NCBI GenBank assembly: GCA_017458845.1
Contig: JAFSZY010000041.1
Span: 24,524-88,523, forward strand
DNA: 64,000 bases
Origin: Ruminococcus sp.
Lineage (GTDB): Bacteria > Bacillota > Clostridia > Oscillospirales > Acutalibacteraceae
Reading direction: 5' to 3'
The notes under the pieces were generated by a model that did no database searches, was not told where the DNA came from, and saw only the letters and a list, made by a program, of their open reading frames with translations. Positions within the stretch are counted from its first letter, which is position 1. Every line of letters starts with the position of its first letter. A program made the position numbers and the translations under genes. Below, one piece after another: positions 16,786-26,740 of this stretch.

Positions 16786-19037
16786 AAGACGATATCAGAA
16801 TCATAGACGCTTACGAAAACAATTTGAAGCATATTAACGTTACAATTCCGAAAGGTAAGCTCGTGGTGTTTGCGGGCGTATCAGGCTCAGGCAAAAGCTC
16901 GCTCGCTTTTGAAACGATCGCCGCCGAGAGCAGCCGCGAGTGGCAGAGCTCCTATCCACTGTTCCTGCGCAACAAAATGCCTCACTATGACAGACCGAGG
17001 GTTGGCGAAATCCAAAACCTCACGCCGTCTATCGTAGTAAATCAGAAGCCCCTCGGCAACAGCACTCGCTCCACCGTCGGTACGGCGATAGACGCGGCTC
17101 CGCTGATTCGTTTGTTGTTCTCGCGTGTGGGAAAACCAAGTGCGGGCGGCTCGATGGCGTACTCGTTCAATCATCCTCTCGGTATGTGCCCCGACTGCAC
17201 CGGCTTGGGAGAACGGCTGGAGCTGATCGAGGACAGGATGTTCAATACCTACATCTCGCTCAGTGAAGGGGCATTACAGTTCAGTCAATTCTCGGCGGGA
17301 TGGCAGAAGCACTTATATCAGAATAATCCTCTGCTGAATCCCGATAAAAAACTATCAGATTTCACAGATGAGGAATGGGATATCCTCAAATACGGCTCAA
17401 AGGAGCCTGTCAAAATCGGTATACGTTCCAATAACACGGGTCGTGTGGATATGGTGGAATATGAGGGAGTTATACCGCGCTTTGAGCGGCTTTATCTCAG
17501 ACGGGATATCGGCAAGTTGAAAAAGAGCTTGCAGGACGAGATATACTCCCTCGTTGATAAATGTAACTGCAAAAGCTGCGGCGGTACGGGACTGAATCCC
17601 ACCGCGCTGAAATCAAGAATCAACGGCTATAATATCGTAGACTTCAACTCAATGACCGCCGCCGAGCTGCTGCCGATTTTGGAAAGCATCGCCGATCCTG
17701 TAGGCAAATCTATCGCAAGACAGCTCAGTTCCTACCTTGAGCGTATGATCGCCGTCGGTATAGGCTACCTCGCCTTTTCACGTAGAACGGATACGCTTTC
17801 GGGCGGTGAGGCACAGCGCATCAAGATGGTGCGCAACTTGGGCAGCAGCCTGAATAATATCACCTACATTTTTGACGAGCCGACCGCCGGTCTTCATCCT
17901 GCCGACGCGGAGAAGATTGGTAAGCTCCTTGTCGATTTGCGGGATAAGGGCAACAATGTTCTCGTGGTAGAGCACAGCCGGCAAATGATTGAACTCGCCG
18001 ACCATATCATTGAAATGGGCGAAGGAGCCGGAACGAAGGGCGGCAAAATCATCTTTGAGGGTACAATCGAAGAATTGAAAGAAGCAAATACGCCGACCGC
18101 CGCGTTTTTGAAAGAGGCTGTTATTCTCAATCAGAATCCGAAAAAATGGACAGAGTGTTTCGCTATTCGTGATGCGCATTGTCACAACCTGAAAAACATC
18201 GATACCGATATTCCGAAAGGCGCTCTGACTGCCATTACCGGCGTTGCGGGCTCGGGCAAAAGCTCACTTGCGTGTCACGAATTTGTCCACGCCTATCCCA
18301 ACGCGATCGTTATCGACCAGAAGCCTATCGGCACCTCAATTCGCTCCACACCCGCGACCTATACGGGCGTGATGGATGATATCCGCAAGTTGTTCGCAAA
18401 AGAAAACAAACTCAGCGTGAGTTGGTTCAGCTTCAATTCAAAGGGCGGCTGTCCCGTATGCAAGGGCACCGGCAAAATCACCTATGATATGGCGTTCGCC
18501 GAGCCTATAACCGTCAAATGCGAGGAGTGCGGCGGCAGACGCTACAACGAAAAGGCGCTGTCCTTCACCTACAAGGGTAAAAATATTGAGGAAATTATGG
18601 CGCTGACGATTGCGCAGGCGCTCGACTTCTTTGATGACGAGAAGATCCGCAATCCGCTGAAAACACTCTATGACGTCGGGCTGGGTTATCTAACGCTCGG
18701 TCAGCTGACAAGCACGCTCTCGGGCGGCGAGATTCAGCGCATCAAGCTGGCGAGCGAGCTGCATAAAGAGGGAAAAACTTACGTCCTCGATGAGCCGAGC
18801 ACAGGTCTGCATCATAAGGATGTCGGACTGCTGTTGAAGTTGCTCAGAAAGCTCGTCAGCCAAAACAACACCGTCATCATCGTCGAGCATCGCCCCGAGC
18901 TGATTGCTCAATGCGATTGGATAATTGATATGGGACCTGAAGGCGGCTTGAGGGGCGGCAGAGTCATCGCGCAGGGCACGCCCGCCGAGGTTGCCGAAAA
19001 AACCAACAGCATAACAGGACGGTATCTCAGAAACTGA
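16782..19037 (+). CDS. UvrA-like ABC protein, short class II / DrrC-like type
   Basis: Two ABC cassettes (GVSGSGKSSL, LSGGEAQRI; GVAGSGKSSL, LSGGEIQRI) and zinc fingers CPDCTGLG, CKSCGG, CPVCKG, CEECGG; 751 aa, shorter than canonical UvrA; translationally coupled to MarR. Confidence 0.85.
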   Translation: MKDDIRIIDAYENNLKHINVTIPKGKLVVFAGVSGSGKSSLAFETIAAESSREWQSSYPLFLRNKMPHYDRPRVGEIQNLTPSIVVNQKPLGNSTRSTVGTAIDAAPLIRLLFSRVGKPSAGGSMAYSFNHPLGMCPDCTGLGERLELIEDRMFNTYISLSEGALQFSQFSAGWQKHLYQNNPLLNPDKKLSDFTDEEWDILKYGSKEPVKIGIRSNNTGRVDMVEYEGVIPRFERLYLRRDIGKLKKSLQDEIYSLVDKCNCKSCGGTGLNPTALKSRINGYNIVDFNSMTAAELLPILESIADPVGKSIARQLSSYLERMIAVGIGYLAFSRRTDTLSGGEAQRIKMVRNLGSSLNNITYIFDEPTAGLHPADAEKIGKLLVDLRDKGNNVLVVEHSRQMIELADHIIEMGEGAGTKGGKIIFEGTIEELKEANTPTAAFLKEAVILNQNPKKWTECFAIRDAHCHNLKNIDTDIPKGALTAITGVAGSGKSSLACHEFVHAYPNAIVIDQKPIGTSIRSTPATYTGVMDDIRKLFAKENKLSVSWFSFNSKGGCPVCKGTGKITYDMAFAEPITVKCEECGGRRYNEKALSFTYKGKNIEEIMALTIAQALDFFDDEKIRNPLKTLYDVGLGYLTLGQLTSTLSGGEIQRIKLASELHKEGKTYVLDEPSTGLHHKDVGLLLKLLRKLVSQNNTVIIVEHRPELIAQCDWIIDMGPEGGLRGGRVIAQGTPAEVAEKTNSITGRYLRN

Positions 19038-19159
19038 TAACAAAAGGGTTAAAAAATATCCTCCTTTTGGAAATCCAAGCGAAAGGTTTTGTAGACATTT
19101 TTATGATTATCTGATAAAATAGATGTCAGAATAAATCAGAAAATTGCGGAGATATTTGT

Positions 19160-20032
19160 ATGGGAACTACTCTTAAAAAAGGTTTAGTTTTAGAAGGCGG
19201 CGCTATGCGCGGTATGTTCACGTGCGGCGTAATGGATGTTCTTATGGAAAATGGCATAGATTTTGACGGTGCCGCGGGTATTTCGGCTGGCGCTGCTTTT
19301 GGCTGCAATTATAAATCAAAGCAAATCGGCAGACCAATCCGCTATAATAAAAATTTCTGTAAGGATCCACGATATTGCAGCATTCGTTCTCTGATAAAGA
19401 CAGGTGATTTGTACGGTGCGGATTTTTGTTATCGGGAGATTCCCGACACTCTTGACCCGTTTGACAGAGAAACTTTCCGAAACAATCCTATGGAGTTTTA
19501 TGTAGGCGCAACAGATGTGAGTACAGGCAAATGTATTTATCATAAATGTACCGACGGCGGAGAAACAGATACAAAATGGATGCAGGCTTCCGCTTCAATG
19601 CCAATGGTTTCAAAGCCTGTCAAAATTGACGGATACACGCTGCTTGACGGCGGAATAACAGACTCTGTTCCATACGCTTATATGGAACAGCTCGGCTATA
19701 ATCGTAATGTAATTGTATTAACGCAGCCGAAAGACTATAGAAAAACTAAAAGCAGGGCGCTCCCGATAATTAAACTTATGCTTCATAAATACCCTGCTGT
19801 GGCGAATGCAATGGCTGTACGACACAAAATGTATAACCAACAAATGGAAGAGATAAAGGAAAGAGAACAAAAAGGTATTTCCTTTGTGATAAGACCGCCT
19901 AAAGCACTTGAAATCAGCCGAACAGAAAATAATACCGATGAGCTGGAAAGAGTTTATCAGATGGGTCGCAAAGAAGCGCAAAACGCGCTTCCTAAGTTAA
20001 AAGAATTTTTGGAGACGCCTGACAAAATCTGA
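19160..20032 (+). CDS. Patatin-family phospholipase/esterase
   Basis: LEGGAMRG, GISAG nucleophile, LDGG; TAGACA-17-TAAAAT promoter at 19092-19120. Confidence 0.92.
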   Translation: MGTTLKKGLVLEGGAMRGMFTCGVMDVLMENGIDFDGAAGISAGAAFGCNYKSKQIGRPIRYNKNFCKDPRYCSIRSLIKTGDLYGADFCYREIPDTLDPFDRETFRNNPMEFYVGATDVSTGKCIYHKCTDGGETDTKWMQASASMPMVSKPVKIDGYTLLDGGITDSVPYAYMEQLGYNRNVIVLTQPKDYRKTKSRALPIIKLMLHKYPAVANAMAVRHKMYNQQMEEIKEREQKGISFVIRPPKALEISRTENNTDELERVYQMGRKEAQNALPKLKEFLETPDKI

Positions 20033-20134
20033 TTTTTCTTATGATGTCAATCGCTCTCAAAATAAAAAATACGTCTTGACCGAAAAAGAAGAATGGCAGC
20101 AGACACATTTTATCAGATAAAGAAGAAAGATATT

Positions 20135-21292
20135 ATGATTCGGGAAATATTACATCCAAAAGAAAAGAAAGTTGAATACGTCGAGCTAATCTACGACCTG
20201 ATTTTCGTTTATATAATCGGGCGCAACAATCAGCTTCTCCATTCATTTGAAAACGGCTTTGTGTCATTGCCGGCGTTTCTCGCGTATGTGATGACGACGC
20301 TCGCTATCATCCAGATATGGAATTTCAGCACCTACTATATTAACGTTTATGGTCGGCACAGCGTTCGGGAACACATATTTATGTTCGTAAATATGTTTCT
20401 GCTGTACTTTATCGGCGAGGGGACAAGAACAGACTGGCAGGGCTATCATACACAGTATCATATCGCGTGGGCGCTGATTCTCGTTAATATCGGCGTGCAA
20501 TATTTGATTGAAATGCGTAATCATAAGGGTAATGCTGAAAACCGAAAGCATATGATTCAGATGGCGGTCATACTGTTTGTTGAAGCCGCTTTGGTCTTGT
20601 CGGATATTTATTTTTATCAAACCTTCGGACACACATGGATGTCGCTGGCTGCAATCCTGTTCGGCGTAGGAGCGGTTTTTGTCTTTGGTCAGAAAAACAG
20701 CGCAGATGTAATTGATTTTCCGCATCTGTCCGAACGCGCGATGCTGTATGTTGTTTTTACCTTCGGTGAAATGATAATCGCTATTTCATCCTATTTTGAG
20801 GGAGGCTTCTCTATCACAGGCGTCTATTACGCGCTGATGGCTTTTATGATTGTGGTCGGACTGTTTTTGAGCTACGGAATGTTTTACGACCATATTATCG
20901 ACCGTGAAAAGCGCACGAACGGACTCGCGTATATGCTTCTGCATATCTTCCTCATTTTTGCGATGAACAATATCACAAACGGTCTGGAGTTTATGCGGGT
21001 GGAGGAAGTCAGTCTGATACCAAAGCTTCTGTTTCTGATTGTATCGATGATTTTGTTCTTCGGCTGCTTGTTCGCGCTTGGCAGCCGCCACGCAAAGGCG
21101 AAGTGCAGGAGATACAATCTCATATATCTGAAAACAGGAGCGGCAAGCGCGGTGTTTATCACACTGATGCTTTTGCTGCGCGAGAATATGATGATCAATA
21201 TTTTTATCACGGTCGCGTTTGTGTTCGGCTTGTTTTGGATGATATACCGATATGGAAAGCAAATCGACAAAGTGGAAACAGAAAAGAAATAA
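20135..21292 (+). CDS. ltrA: Low temperature requirement protein A (LtrA)-family membrane protein
   Basis: KKVEYVELIYDLIFV; HLSERAMLYVVFTFGEMII; start uncertain (20093 or 20135). Confidence 0.8.
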   Translation: MIREILHPKEKKVEYVELIYDLIFVYIIGRNNQLLHSFENGFVSLPAFLAYVMTTLAIIQIWNFSTYYINVYGRHSVREHIFMFVNMFLLYFIGEGTRTDWQGYHTQYHIAWALILVNIGVQYLIEMRNHKGNAENRKHMIQMAVILFVEAALVLSDIYFYQTFGHTWMSLAAILFGVGAVFVFGQKNSADVIDFPHLSERAMLYVVFTFGEMIIAISSYFEGGFSITGVYYALMAFMIVVGLFLSYGMFYDHIIDREKRTNGLAYMLLHIFLIFAMNNITNGLEFMRVEEVSLIPKLLFLIVSMILFFGCLFALGSRHAKAKCRRYNLIYLKTGAASAVFITLMLLLRENMMINIFITVAFVFGLFWMIYRYGKQIDKVETEKK

Positions 21293-21401
21293 ACGAATCA
21301 ACCTCCGTTTGGATTTTTTAAATTTTCAAACAGAGGTTTTTATAGACAAAGAATAGGCTTTCTGTTATGATAAGAGCAAGAAAAAACAAGGCGGTAATAA
21401 T

Positions 21402-21878
21402 ATGTTCAGAGAAATGCGGCGCTTCAAACAGCAGCTCAGCGAGGAACACTGTATTCAAATTTTGAAGGACCAGCCAAGGGGCGTGCTTTCGATGCTTGGG
21501 GTGAACGGCTATCCCTACGGCATACCGATGAATCACTGGTACAGCGAAAAAGATAACAAGCTGTATTTTCACTGCGCGAAGGTCGGACATAAGATTGACG
21601 CTATTTCCGCTTGCGATAAGGTCAGCTATTGTATTATGGATAAAGGATATCGCAGGGACGGCGAGTGGGCGCTGAACATCAACAGCGTTGTTGTGTTCGG
21701 ACGCATCCGCATTGTAATGGATAAAGATAAGAAAAAACAGATTTGCACCAGCCTGTGCAGGAAGTTTACCGATGACGAAGCGTATATCCAAGAAGAAATC
21801 GATAGCTCATTTTCGCGAGTGTGCTGTTTGGAGCTCACCATCGAGCATATGACAGGCAAGCTGGTAAACGAATCATAA
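21402..21878 (+). CDS. Pyridoxamine 5'-phosphate oxidase-like flavin-binding protein (Nim-like)
   Basis: MFREMRR.., GVLSMLGVNGYPYGIP, LYFHCAKVGHKID; TAGACA-17-TATGAT promoter at 21343-21371. Confidence 0.85.
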   Translation: MFREMRRFKQQLSEEHCIQILKDQPRGVLSMLGVNGYPYGIPMNHWYSEKDNKLYFHCAKVGHKIDAISACDKVSYCIMDKGYRRDGEWALNINSVVVFGRIRIVMDKDKKKQICTSLCRKFTDDEAYIQEEIDSSFSRVCCLELTIEHMTGKLVNES

Positions 21879-21892
21879 AAGGAGAGAATACT

Positions 21893-22369
21893 ATGAGTAA
21901 AACATTGGTAGCATATTTTTCTGCAAGCGGTACTACCGCAAGACTTGCGAAGAATTTGTCAAAAGCGGCAGGAGCGGATTTGTACGAAATACGCCCCGCC
22001 GTGGAGTACACAAGGGCGGATTTGAACTGGATGGATAAGCAGTCGAGAAGCTCGGTCGAAATGCGCGACAAAAGCTCGCGTCCCGCGCTTGCCGACACAG
22101 CCGCGGATATAGCGGCATACGGTACGATTTTCATCGGCTTCCCGATTTGGTGGTACATCGCGCCGACAATCATCAACACATTCTTGGAAGCCTATGATTT
22201 CAGCGGCAAGAAGATTGTACTGTTCGCCACCTCAGGCGGTTCGGGCTTTGGCAAAGCTGTCGATAGCTTACAGCCGTCAGCTCCCGATGCCGAAATCATA
22301 GCAGGCGAAATCCTCAACGGCAATCCGAACGAAAAGAAGCTGAAAGCGTTTGCTGAAAAATATTTTTAA
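21893..22369 (+). CDS. Flavodoxin
   Basis: LVAYFSASGTT; IGFPIWWYIAP; FATSGGSG; AAAGGAG RBS. Confidence 0.92.
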   Translation: MSKTLVAYFSASGTTARLAKNLSKAAGADLYEIRPAVEYTRADLNWMDKQSRSSVEMRDKSSRPALADTAADIAAYGTIFIGFPIWWYIAPTIINTFLEAYDFSGKKIVLFATSGGSGFGKAVDSLQPSAPDAEIIAGEILNGNPNEKKLKAFAEKYF

Positions 22370-22379
22370 GGAGGCAGCT

Positions 22380-23243
22380 ATGATTTTCAACGAAACATTT
22401 ACACTGAACAACGGAGTAAAAATCCCGAAGCTCGCGCTCGGCACATGGTTTATCGACGATGACAAGGCTGCCGAAGCGGTGCGTCAGGCGATAAAAATCG
22501 GCTATCGCCACATTGATACCGCTCAGGCTTACGGCAATGAGCGCGGCGTAGGCGAAGGCGTCCGTTCCTGCGGTGTGCCGAGAGAGGAGCTTTTCATCGT
22601 TTCCAAGGTCGCAGCGGAGCATAAGGACTATGACAGCGCGATGAAATCTATTGACGAGACGCTAGCTAAAATGGGGCTTGATTATCTTGATATGATGATT
22701 ATTCATTCCCCTCAGCCGTGGATGGAGGTCAATCAGTCCGACGACAGATACTATCAGGGCAACAAGGTAGCCTGGAGAGCTTTAGAGGACGCTCTTGAAG
22801 CGGGCAAGCTGAGAGCAATCGGCGTTTCTAACTTTTTGGAACAGGATATCGAGAACATTCTTGAGGACTGCCGCGTTAAACCGATGGTCAACCAGATTCT
22901 CGCGCATATCTCCAACACGCCCTTCGACTTGATTGACTACTGCAATAGCAAGGGAATCATAGTCGAGGCGTATTCTCCCGTTGCTTACGGCGCCGCGCTC
23001 GGAAATCCCGCTATCAAAGAGATTGCCGATAAATACGGTGTGTCCGTTCCGCAGCTTTGCATAAAATATGACTTGCAGCTCGATTTGGTTGTACTGCCCA
23101 AGACCGCGAATCCCGACCATATGAGAGCAAACGCTGACCTCGGTTTTACTATCTCGGACGAGGATATGGAAACACTGAAAGCGATTCAGCCGCTCGATTA
23201 CGGCGAAGCGAGCTATTTCCCCGTATACGGCGGCAAGCTATGA
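22380..23243 (+). CDS. Aldo/keto reductase
   Basis: GYRHIDTAQAYGNE, RAIGVSNF, LPKTANPDHMRAN. Confidence 0.93.
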   Translation: MIFNETFTLNNGVKIPKLALGTWFIDDDKAAEAVRQAIKIGYRHIDTAQAYGNERGVGEGVRSCGVPREELFIVSKVAAEHKDYDSAMKSIDETLAKMGLDYLDMMIIHSPQPWMEVNQSDDRYYQGNKVAWRALEDALEAGKLRAIGVSNFLEQDIENILEDCRVKPMVNQILAHISNTPFDLIDYCNSKGIIVEAYSPVAYGAALGNPAIKEIADKYGVSVPQLCIKYDLQLDLVVLPKTANPDHMRANADLGFTISDEDMETLKAIQPLDYGEASYFPVYGGKL

Positions 23244-23275
23244 GCATCACGCTGAATCTGTACTATACCGGCAAG
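23240..23275 (+). pseudogene. 5' remnant (about 12 codons) of a putative quinol monooxygenase (ABM-family) gene
   Basis: ATG overlaps the AKR stop (ATGA). MSITLNLYYTGK matches the N-terminus of Firmicute ABM proteins as recalled; similarity stops where repeat DNA begins. Confidence 0.6.
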
Positions 23276-23305
23276 GGTGATTCCTCGACAAGCTCAGACA
23301 ATAAT

Positions 23306-23495
23306 GGGGATACCGAGACGGTATCCCCTACGCGTTAACTGACAAAAAGGGCGACCGAAATTTTTCGGTCGCCCTAAATTGTTTGTACATATTCAACCTC
23401 CCTTTGCTAAAGGGATGTGGCGCGCGCTTGCGCGTGACGGTGGGATTGATTTTTAATCCCCCTGCTTCGCTTCCCCCTTAAACTAAGGGGGACTT
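23306..23495. repeat. REP plus palindromic repeat cluster containing the right copy (23325-23407) of the ~84-bp direct repeat
   Basis: The minus strand reads GTAG-GGGATACCG-TCT-CGGTATCCC. Further hairpins: GGGCGACCGAAA/TTTCGGTCGCCC, CCCTTT-GCT-AAAGGG and CCCCCTTA/TAAGGGGG. Confidence 0.85.
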
Positions 23496-23496
23496 T

Positions 23497-26400
23497 TTAT
23501 TTAACTTTTACCTTAACGGTCACCGTCTTAGATTTTGCCTTATAAGCTGTGTTGCCCTTAGCGGTAACTTTGATTTTAATCTTATATGTTTTGCCTTTCT
23601 TTAGTCCTTTCTTGACTGTCAGCTTACCCGTCTTTTTATTGATACTTATTTTGGAATTGCCTGAAACCTTCTTGTAGGTAACGGTACCCTTTGCATTTTT
23701 AACCTTGAGGACTTTGGACTTTGAGAAGGTTGTTTTCTTCGCAGCCTTTGCTGTGACGGTCTTGCCCTTTACGGTAAGCGTGTTGACGCGCTTGACAACC
23801 TTAATCTTGACGGACGCGGACTTACCGTTGTTGGTCGCCGTGATTATTACGGAGCCCGCCTTCTTGCCGACAACCTTGCCTGAGGATGTAACTGTGGCAA
23901 CCTTTGTGTTGCTTGACTTGAATGTTGTGCTGCCGACGCCGTTTGTCACCGAAGCGTAAACCTTAGTGGAAGCGTTTACATAGATTGTAGACTTTGTTGC
24001 CGCTGCGGCAATAGATGTCTGGTACTGCTGCTCGGTAGCCTGTGTTTCACCGGTTGATTGGGTATCTGTTTCAGGCTCGGTAGTCTGATTATCCGTAGTT
24101 GCCTGAGTGGCTTCGGTTGCCTCTGTATTCTCACCGGATTCAGTTGCCTGAGTTGCATCCGTCGTCTGAGTAGACTCAGTTGACTCAGTTGTTTCAGTGT
24201 TTCCTGTGGTTGCTTCAGTTGCCTCAGTTGCCTCAGTTGTCTGAGTTGCCTGAGTAGCTTCGGTGGTCTCGGTTGTTTCGGTTTTCTTTGTGATTACCGT
24301 TACGGAAACCTCGCCTTTAATCTTAGTCAGGCGATAAGTGTTTGCGAGAGTCGAGCTGAGATCCTTCAGATTCTTATAGTTAGTGTCCGGTGTCGCTGTA
24401 ACGCTTTCCACCTCATAACCGTCAGCGGGAACTACGGTAAAATTGACCTGACCGTCGCCCGAGCTGTCGGGTTCGCCCGTATCGCTGTTTCTCGAAACCG
24501 CCGAAATTACGTTTGTCGCGGAAGCCACGGAATAATCCTGTGTATTATATGTGTTAATTGTCGCGTTGCCGTCTGTGATGAAGCTTACAGTGTAGCCCTC
24601 GTCGGCAGTTGTCGCGGAAGTCGCTTCTGTGCTATCAGTTGTCTGAGCGGCTTCTGTTGTGGCTTCTGTCGCGCTTGTTGTCGCTTCTTCCTCAACATAC
24701 TCTGTAACCGTAGTGAGCGCGGGTATGGTCTTGTACTCAACCCGGCTTGAATCGGAGCAAGTGTACTTGAGCAAGCCTGTGCTTGATGTTGTCGCGGCGC
24801 TCACAACAGTACCGCTGTTCCAGCTGTGGGCCCAAGGGTTGCCCTTGGAGGTTGTAACGCTTGAAGCTGTGGAATATGAGGTGTTGGATGAGGTTGTGTT
24901 AGCGTCAGAGTAGAGAATATAGTTTACGTTTCTGAGGAGCTTTTCACTGCGAACCACACTGCCGCTTTGAGTTACGTTAATAACTGTGCCGGCTGAACGG
25001 CTTGTTGTTGAAACGTAATATTTCTGAGTGCCGGTCTGGGAGCTTGGGTTCTCGTTCATCGAATTTGTTCCCGCGGCGAAAACCGTGCCGCCTGTGATTG
25101 TAATCGTGCCGTCGCAGTCAAGGGGCGAGTTGTCGCCGCCTGTGGCTTGCGAAAGGACTGTCACATCGCCGCCTGAGATTTTGAGGTCGCCGTTTGAGTC
25201 GAGACCGTCGCCTGTACAGTTCACATAAACGTTGCCGCCATAGATGTTGATTGAGTAGTCGGATGAGCCCGAGCTCTGCTGGCCGCCCTGCTGACCGGGC
25301 TGATTTCCGCCCTGACCGGGACCGCCCTGGTTTCCGCCCTGACTGCCCTGACCGGGTCTGAACTGGTCGTTGCCGCCCTGTCCAGGGTCGGTGCCGTTGG
25401 AGCTGCCGCCTGCGGCGTTGATGCCATCGTCGGAAGCGTTGACATAAAACTTACCTGAGTAAATATTGACTACGGCTCCTTCTAAGCCCTCGTAGCTTGA
25501 ATTGACTGTAATCTCGGGGTCGCGGTCATAGCCGTTCTCTGTGCCGAGTGTGAGAGTAGCGTCGGCGTGGACGCCGTCGTCGCCTGTGTAGATATCAAAC
25601 GTACCGCCTGTGATTGTAATATAGCCGTTGGAGTGAACCGCGTCGTCGGCTGTGTTGAGGCTAAAGGTACCGCCCGAAATTGTCATAGTGTTTGTGGGGT
25701 TGTTCTCGTCAGTGACATTGTTGCTCGAAACCTTCAAGCCCTTACAGCTCATTGTATCCTTGTTAAAGGTTAAACTGCCGTATCCGTTTTCTGTTTTTAC
25801 GGTATAATCACCGTTTGTAATGGTGAGGTTCTCAGCCGCGACAATACCGTCGCCCTGAGCGTTGATATTAAAAGTACCGCCGTTGATTGTAACAGTACCC
25901 GCGGAGTCTGTGTCCCCCTCGTCGGGCTGGGACTTGATTCCGTCGTTTCCGGCTGTCACGTTGAATGTGCCCGCGTTGATTACGACGCTGCCGTCAAAGG
26001 CTATGCCATTGTTGGCGGCTGTGGCGTTTATAATTCCGCCGTCAACGATTAACGAAGATGTTGTGCCGCCCTTGATTGCGTTCTTGGGTGTGCCGACAGC
26101 GTTGAGCGTGCCGTCGCCGAAAATCGTGAGCGTTGAGCCTGCCTTGACCTTAATCGCCGCTCCCTCAAAGTCCGAGTTGGTCTCGTCGAGAGTTTCGTTA
26201 TCGGTGATTGTGCTTGTGCCCTCGAGCTTTAGAAGCACCGAACTCGACTTTTTCACAACTATCGGAGCTGTGCTTGCCGAGGTTAAATCGAGGTCATCGA
26301 GTATCAGCGTAACTCCGCTGAGACTGCCCTTAACGACAATCGCGCCCTCGGAGCAGCTGCCTGTCACACGATAGGTGCCCGCCTCGTTGATTGTGAGCGT

Positions 26401-26565
26401 TGCGCCGCTTATGGTATAGCCAGAGCCCGAAACGGTCTCGGTTATACCGCTGTCCGTGAATGTAAGCGTTGCCTGCTCAGCCGAGTACGCCGATGCCGTA
26501 AAAGGTATCATCGACAAAATCATAAGAGCCGCGAGTATTACGCTCAGAAGTCTGGTAGTTTTCAT
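23497..26565 (-). CDS. Cthe_2159 (DUF4353)-family beta-helix carbohydrate-binding surface protein with T/E-rich linkers, Big_2 and Lys-rich C-terminal module
   Basis: GSCSEGAIVV, repeated GDGI/DDAVHSNG/DDGVHAD/DDGINAAGG/GDGLDSNG/NSPLDCDG Ca-binding turns, G/Q-rich insert; start ATG 26565 with GGAGG RBS. Confidence 0.88.
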   Translation of the reverse strand: MKTTRLLSVILAALMILSMIPFTASAYSAEQATLTFTDSGITETVSGSGYTISGATLTINEAGTYRVTGSCSEGAIVVKGSLSGVTLILDDLDLTSASTAPIVVKKSSSVLLKLEGTSTITDNETLDETNSDFEGAAIKVKAGSTLTIFGDGTLNAVGTPKNAIKGGTTSSLIVDGGIINATAANNGIAFDGSVVINAGTFNVTAGNDGIKSQPDEGDTDSAGTVTINGGTFNINAQGDGIVAAENLTITNGDYTVKTENGYGSLTFNKDTMSCKGLKVSSNNVTDENNPTNTMTISGGTFSLNTADDAVHSNGYITITGGTFDIYTGDDGVHADATLTLGTENGYDRDPEITVNSSYEGLEGAVVNIYSGKFYVNASDDGINAAGGSSNGTDPGQGGNDQFRPGQGSQGGNQGGPGQGGNQPGQQGGQQSSGSSDYSINIYGGNVYVNCTGDGLDSNGDLKISGGDVTVLSQATGGDNSPLDCDGTITITGGTVFAAGTNSMNENPSSQTGTQKYYVSTTSRSAGTVINVTQSGSVVRSEKLLRNVNYILYSDANTTSSNTSYSTASSVTTSKGNPWAHSWNSGTVVSAATTSSTGLLKYTCSDSSRVEYKTIPALTTVTEYVEEEATTSATEATTEAAQTTDSTEATSATTADEGYTVSFITDGNATINTYNTQDYSVASATNVISAVSRNSDTGEPDSSGDGQVNFTVVPADGYEVESVTATPDTNYKNLKDLSSTLANTYRLTKIKGEVSVTVITKKTETTETTEATQATQTTEATEATEATTGNTETTESTESTQTTDATQATESGENTEATEATQATTDNQTTEPETDTQSTGETQATEQQYQTSIAAAATKSTIYVNASTKVYASVTNGVGSTTFKSSNTKVATVTSSGKVVGKKAGSVIITATNNGKSASVKIKVVKRVNTLTVKGKTVTAKAAKKTTFSKSKVLKVKNAKGTVTYKKVSGNSKISINKKTGKLTVKKGLKKGKTYKIKIKVTAKGNTAYKAKSKTVTVKVKVK

Positions 26566-26740
26566 AGTGTTGTCCTCCAATCATTATGTTCAGGGAATTG
26601 CCTTTCCCTTAGTTTACATATTAAGCTTAAATAGTATATGTGATATGTTTTTGAACACAATCTGTTTTATTTTGAAAAGTTTTGCGAAATAATCATCTCT
26701 GTGTATAAATAATACAAAAGAAATCTTGAAGTTTTATTGC

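Noticed and set aside
16229-21337. Junction hairpins as integron attC sites
   Set aside because: They lack the RYYYAAC/GTTRRRY core sites and no integron integrase is present; kept only as an unclassified repeat.
24000-24700. ACT/GAG-rich low-complexity repeats (also about 10680-10920)
   Set aside because: These are ordinary T/E/Q/A-rich protein linkers within coding sequence.
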